Source: Folioceros fuciformis (lineage: Eukaryota). Taken from it: 37,809 nucleotides of DNA. The notes beneath the pieces were generated by a model. It saw only the letters and a program-made list of their open reading frames with translations, was not told the origin of the DNA and did no database searches. Of the stretch, positions 34,814 through 37,809 are shown one piece after another (the stretch's first letter is position 1; every line of letters begins with the position of its first letter). The translations under genes and the position numbers were made by a program. Where the stretch lies: positions 1 through 37,809 of the forward strand of contig JBNGIO010005879.1 of the NCBI GenBank assembly GCA_049999805.1, written 5' to 3'.

Positions 34814-37216
34814 TCAATCTCCCCGAGTTACCAGCTCCGGTACCTGATCACACACGCTGTTCAACTGGTTTTGGAACTCTAACTTCGCACGATTGGTTTT
34901 CCCTCCAACTACAACATCGCTCCCTTCCTGAAAGGCCCACACCTACAAAAACAGGGGTACCAATGTCGCCGGTCAGCAGGCAGATTGGGTATGCGGTGTT
35001 AGTTGCGAGGAGTCAGACCACAGTAGAGGCTTCATGGGCAATGAGACCAACTTGGGAATGCGAGAAGTAGCTGATTATTGTTGTAAGCATGAGAAGTCCG
35101 AAGCCTGCATAGACAACAGGAACACCAGGATCCATCTGCAAAGCAAGACACGGGGCAATGCGTGTGGGATCAATTACGAAGGTCAACAAGTTTCAAGATA
35201 AACAAATTATGCAGCAAAACGGCAAATCAAATGGCAGACCTTCAGCTCCAGACCGGTAGTGCCAATGACGTCGTCTATCGTAATGCTGATGCCATTGACA
35301 AGGATAGGCTTGTTCGACCCAGGACGCCTGACACCTACGAATGTTCCTTCCTGATCATAAATCACTACTGACTGTAAATCACGTGCCAGAAGGGAACTGC
35401 ACCCACCAGAAAGACATAATAGAAATGGAAACTGTTACTACAAAGACCAGGAGTTGAGTGACTGAGGTCCTGGTCAGTCATGGAGATGATGGGACCCAAA
35501 CCTGAACATCCTACGTATGAAGATCTAGACGAAACCAACAGAATGCACTTACATGCCCTTCGCTTCGTCTAGCCCATCATCTCCGAGAGGGAGAAACGTC
35601 CCAAAAAGCTTCGTGTCCCCTGACCGTTGCAACTGGGCCATGACTAAGTTGAAAGGCTCTGATCCATCAACTCGAACCGTGGTGGCTGCAATCGCCCAAT
35701 CTGTCTGATAGATTGTAAGTCCCTGGTATCTTAGGGGGTTGTTCACGCTGATCACCTTTTGGAACCTTTCGTTTTCTCTAAAATCTCTGAGTGAGAGATC
35801 GGATCGGAACTGCAAAACCTGCATACCAAGAGATGGTTATACAGATTACAATGCCGCCTGATGCAGTGAATCGACGTGTACGAGAGAGACGTAGCTTACC
35901 TCCCCTGTAGGACGATACTCAATGGCAAACTTGTTCACGTGTATGTGCAGGTTCATGACTGACGAAGGCAAGGATAAAATGCCACTGGGTTGCAATGCCT
36001 CCCCTATTGACAGATCTAGACCCTGAGGGATCAAGACACTACCATGATACGCTCCTATGGCACTGACCGTAGCACCAGCCATAATGAGTAGCATTGCTAT
36101 GTGCACTCCGATGGGAGCAAACCTGCCAGCAAGACCTTTGAACGCGTACAGAGCAGGTCCCCTCACAAAAACCTGCTGGACAGAAGGGACCCAGGAGCAT
36201 GACCACGAAGCCTCCAAAAATCAAAGCAAGAGTGATGGGCGGGTAGTCACTAGTCCGCGCACCTGGTAGCCCTGTGCCATGAGCAAAGTTGCAAGATTAG
36301 ACAGGCGAGCTCTTGGTAGAGTATCCGCCACATCCATCTTCATGATGGCTTCCCCGGATGTCATGAACCTCCATCTGAGCACAAACAAGATCATGCTGTA
36401 AGTGGGCCACATCCTCTTGGCACACACTGCTGCAGCAAAATGAAAATGCGTGACACAGAGCCACAATCGGTCACAACCTAGGTCACCTGCGAGCGACTTT
36501 GACCATGGGCCATTGGCGGGTGATAGAGCAGGCAGCCAGAGACGAAGCCAACAGTGCAAGCACCGCCAGAAAGTAAGGCGCAGAGTAGATGTGATCCAGG
36601 CTCAAATTTAGCACCCATTCCCCGGTGAGAAACCCGAACGCCCGGTTATCCTCCGTATACTCCTGCAGGTAGTACTGAGCCGACTCCCCTTGCTCGATGA
36701 GCGTCCCTGCGAAATCCAGCCCAAGGCATGAAAATGAGCCAAGCGAAGGCAGTCCAGCCCAGGCCAGGCCAGAAGAAGAATGCCAATTCACTGCCACCAA
36801 CCAATGGCTGAAAGAAATCCAACGACGAAGAGCTCTCCGATAGCCAACGGAAACGAAGACAGCTGCCTCAAAACCTTCCTCCCCAGGATGACAAACCAGG
36901 GCACATGCCCTCCTGGCCCGGGAGCAGCAGGCCGCCTATCAACGCCCCTGTCCGCGAGCTCGGGGCCCGGCTCCAGCAAAGGGGGAGCAGAAACAGGAGC
37001 CCTGATAGCCGGACCCTTCCTGTTAGCCCGGGCGTGCACGATCCTAATCCTGAACGCCGGGGGGAAAAGGGTCCTGTTCCTACCGCGCCGGGAGAGCAGG
37101 ACAATGGCACACATACGGCCCACACTGGGCCTGGGCCTGGTCCTGGTTCTGTGACTGAGACTGAGGCTCAGACCGGGGCAGGCCAAGGCAGCCATGCCAG
37201 GAGCTGCTGCCATCAT
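34814..37216 (-). CDS. CCS1: Cytochrome c biogenesis protein CCS1 (ResB/Ycf44 family), chloroplastic
   Basis: 8 exons: 37216-36802, 36706-36487, 36374-36263, 36172-35900, 35818-35553, 35396-35240, 35135-35052, 34942-34814, all phase-compatible. Transit peptide; motifs [77 protein letters not shown]. Confidence 0.95.
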
Positions 37217-37359
37217 CTCTAAATCCTGCAGGAGCCCATGGGTGCTAATCAGGAGAGAACTGAAGCTCTGAACTGCATACAAAACCCAGCAGCCCCCATC
37301 ATCATCCGCAGTTGCAAAGAGGTATTATTAGGTCGCAGTAGGCCGTCCTCCGTCCACCC

Positions 37360-37379
37360 AGGCCCAGCGGGCTGGGCCT
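37360..37379. promoter_or_regulatory. Inverted pair of site II (TGGGCY)-like elements upstream of CCS1
   Basis: AGGCCCAGC-GG-GCTGGGCCT: perfect 9-bp arms ~150 nt upstream of the CCS1 ATG. Confidence 0.4.
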
Positions 37380-37809
37380 TACAAAAATCCTTATCCTGCA
37401 ATTGCAAACTTCACCTTACCGGGACAACATGGTCTCCGGTGCTGCCGGCCCTCTCTTATCTGGAGATAGAACCGGAAAGCCGAATCGCGACTGCTCCCAG
37501 TTGGGGACGTGTCGCGGTTCCACTCGCTGGCAACTGCGCACGCGTCGGCTGTCCGTGCCCCAGCATTGGCATTCCGGTTGTGAAGAAAGGAAGGCCCGAA
37601 AGGAGCGTGCGAGCGCCCGTGCGTGCGTGCTGTGTGCTGTCTTGTCCGCCCCCGCCTCCCCCTGGCTGCCCTCCAGTCGCTGCATCGCGTCCGCGCCTGC
37701 ATGCTTTGTCGCTCGCTCCTGCCGCGTTCCCGCGGCTTGCTCTGATCGCAGGGGCAATTCTTGTTCTCATTTCTTCCTCCTGCGCTTTCTTGCAGGCTCC
37801 AACTCCAAG

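Noticed and set aside
34814..34870. Apparent frameshift near the CCS1 C-terminus
   Set aside because: Careful reading gives in-frame [15 protein letters not shown]; there is no defect.
37391..37809. Short ORFs at the right edge
   Set aside because: GC-rich promoter/UTR-like sequence with no recognisable domain.

Overview
Gene-dense eukaryotic nuclear DNA with short (~75-300 nt) GT-AG introns, most likely from a hornwort or a similar seed-free land plant. That inference rests on 'WWTD'-type PLS PPR editing factors and a flagellar NDK5/RSP23 gene. Left to right: NDK5-type nucleoside diphosphate kinase with Dpy-30 domain (+); ELIP (+); ZSWIM7/SWS1 (-, 5 exons, not recovered as one ORF); organic cation transporter (+) followed 46 nt later by tRNA-Asn(GUU); PLS-PPR-1 (-); organellar prolyl-tRNA synthetase (-, 11 exons, with a suspicious length-preserving A15 run replacing a conserved motif); and a divergent pair of germin-like proteins, one with a tandem Pro-rich tail. 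Next is an ~9 kb AT-rich repeat island holding a degenerate Ty1/Copia element (TSD CTTTC, truncated 5' LTR) and a decayed PPR fragment between direct repeats. The window ends with two tandem PLS-PPR genes (+; one spans a 100-N gap) and CCS1 (-, 8 exons). All three PPRs have E1/E2 plus a PG box of WW type but lack the catalytic DYW deaminase motifs. I found no clearly novel multi-gene system. The best leads are the PPR birth-and-death cluster, the possible mRNA-tRNA dicistron, the germin-Pro-rich chimera and a 71-bp promoter segment copied 14.4 kb away. All gene models were spliced by hand and family calls come from recalled motifs, not database searches.
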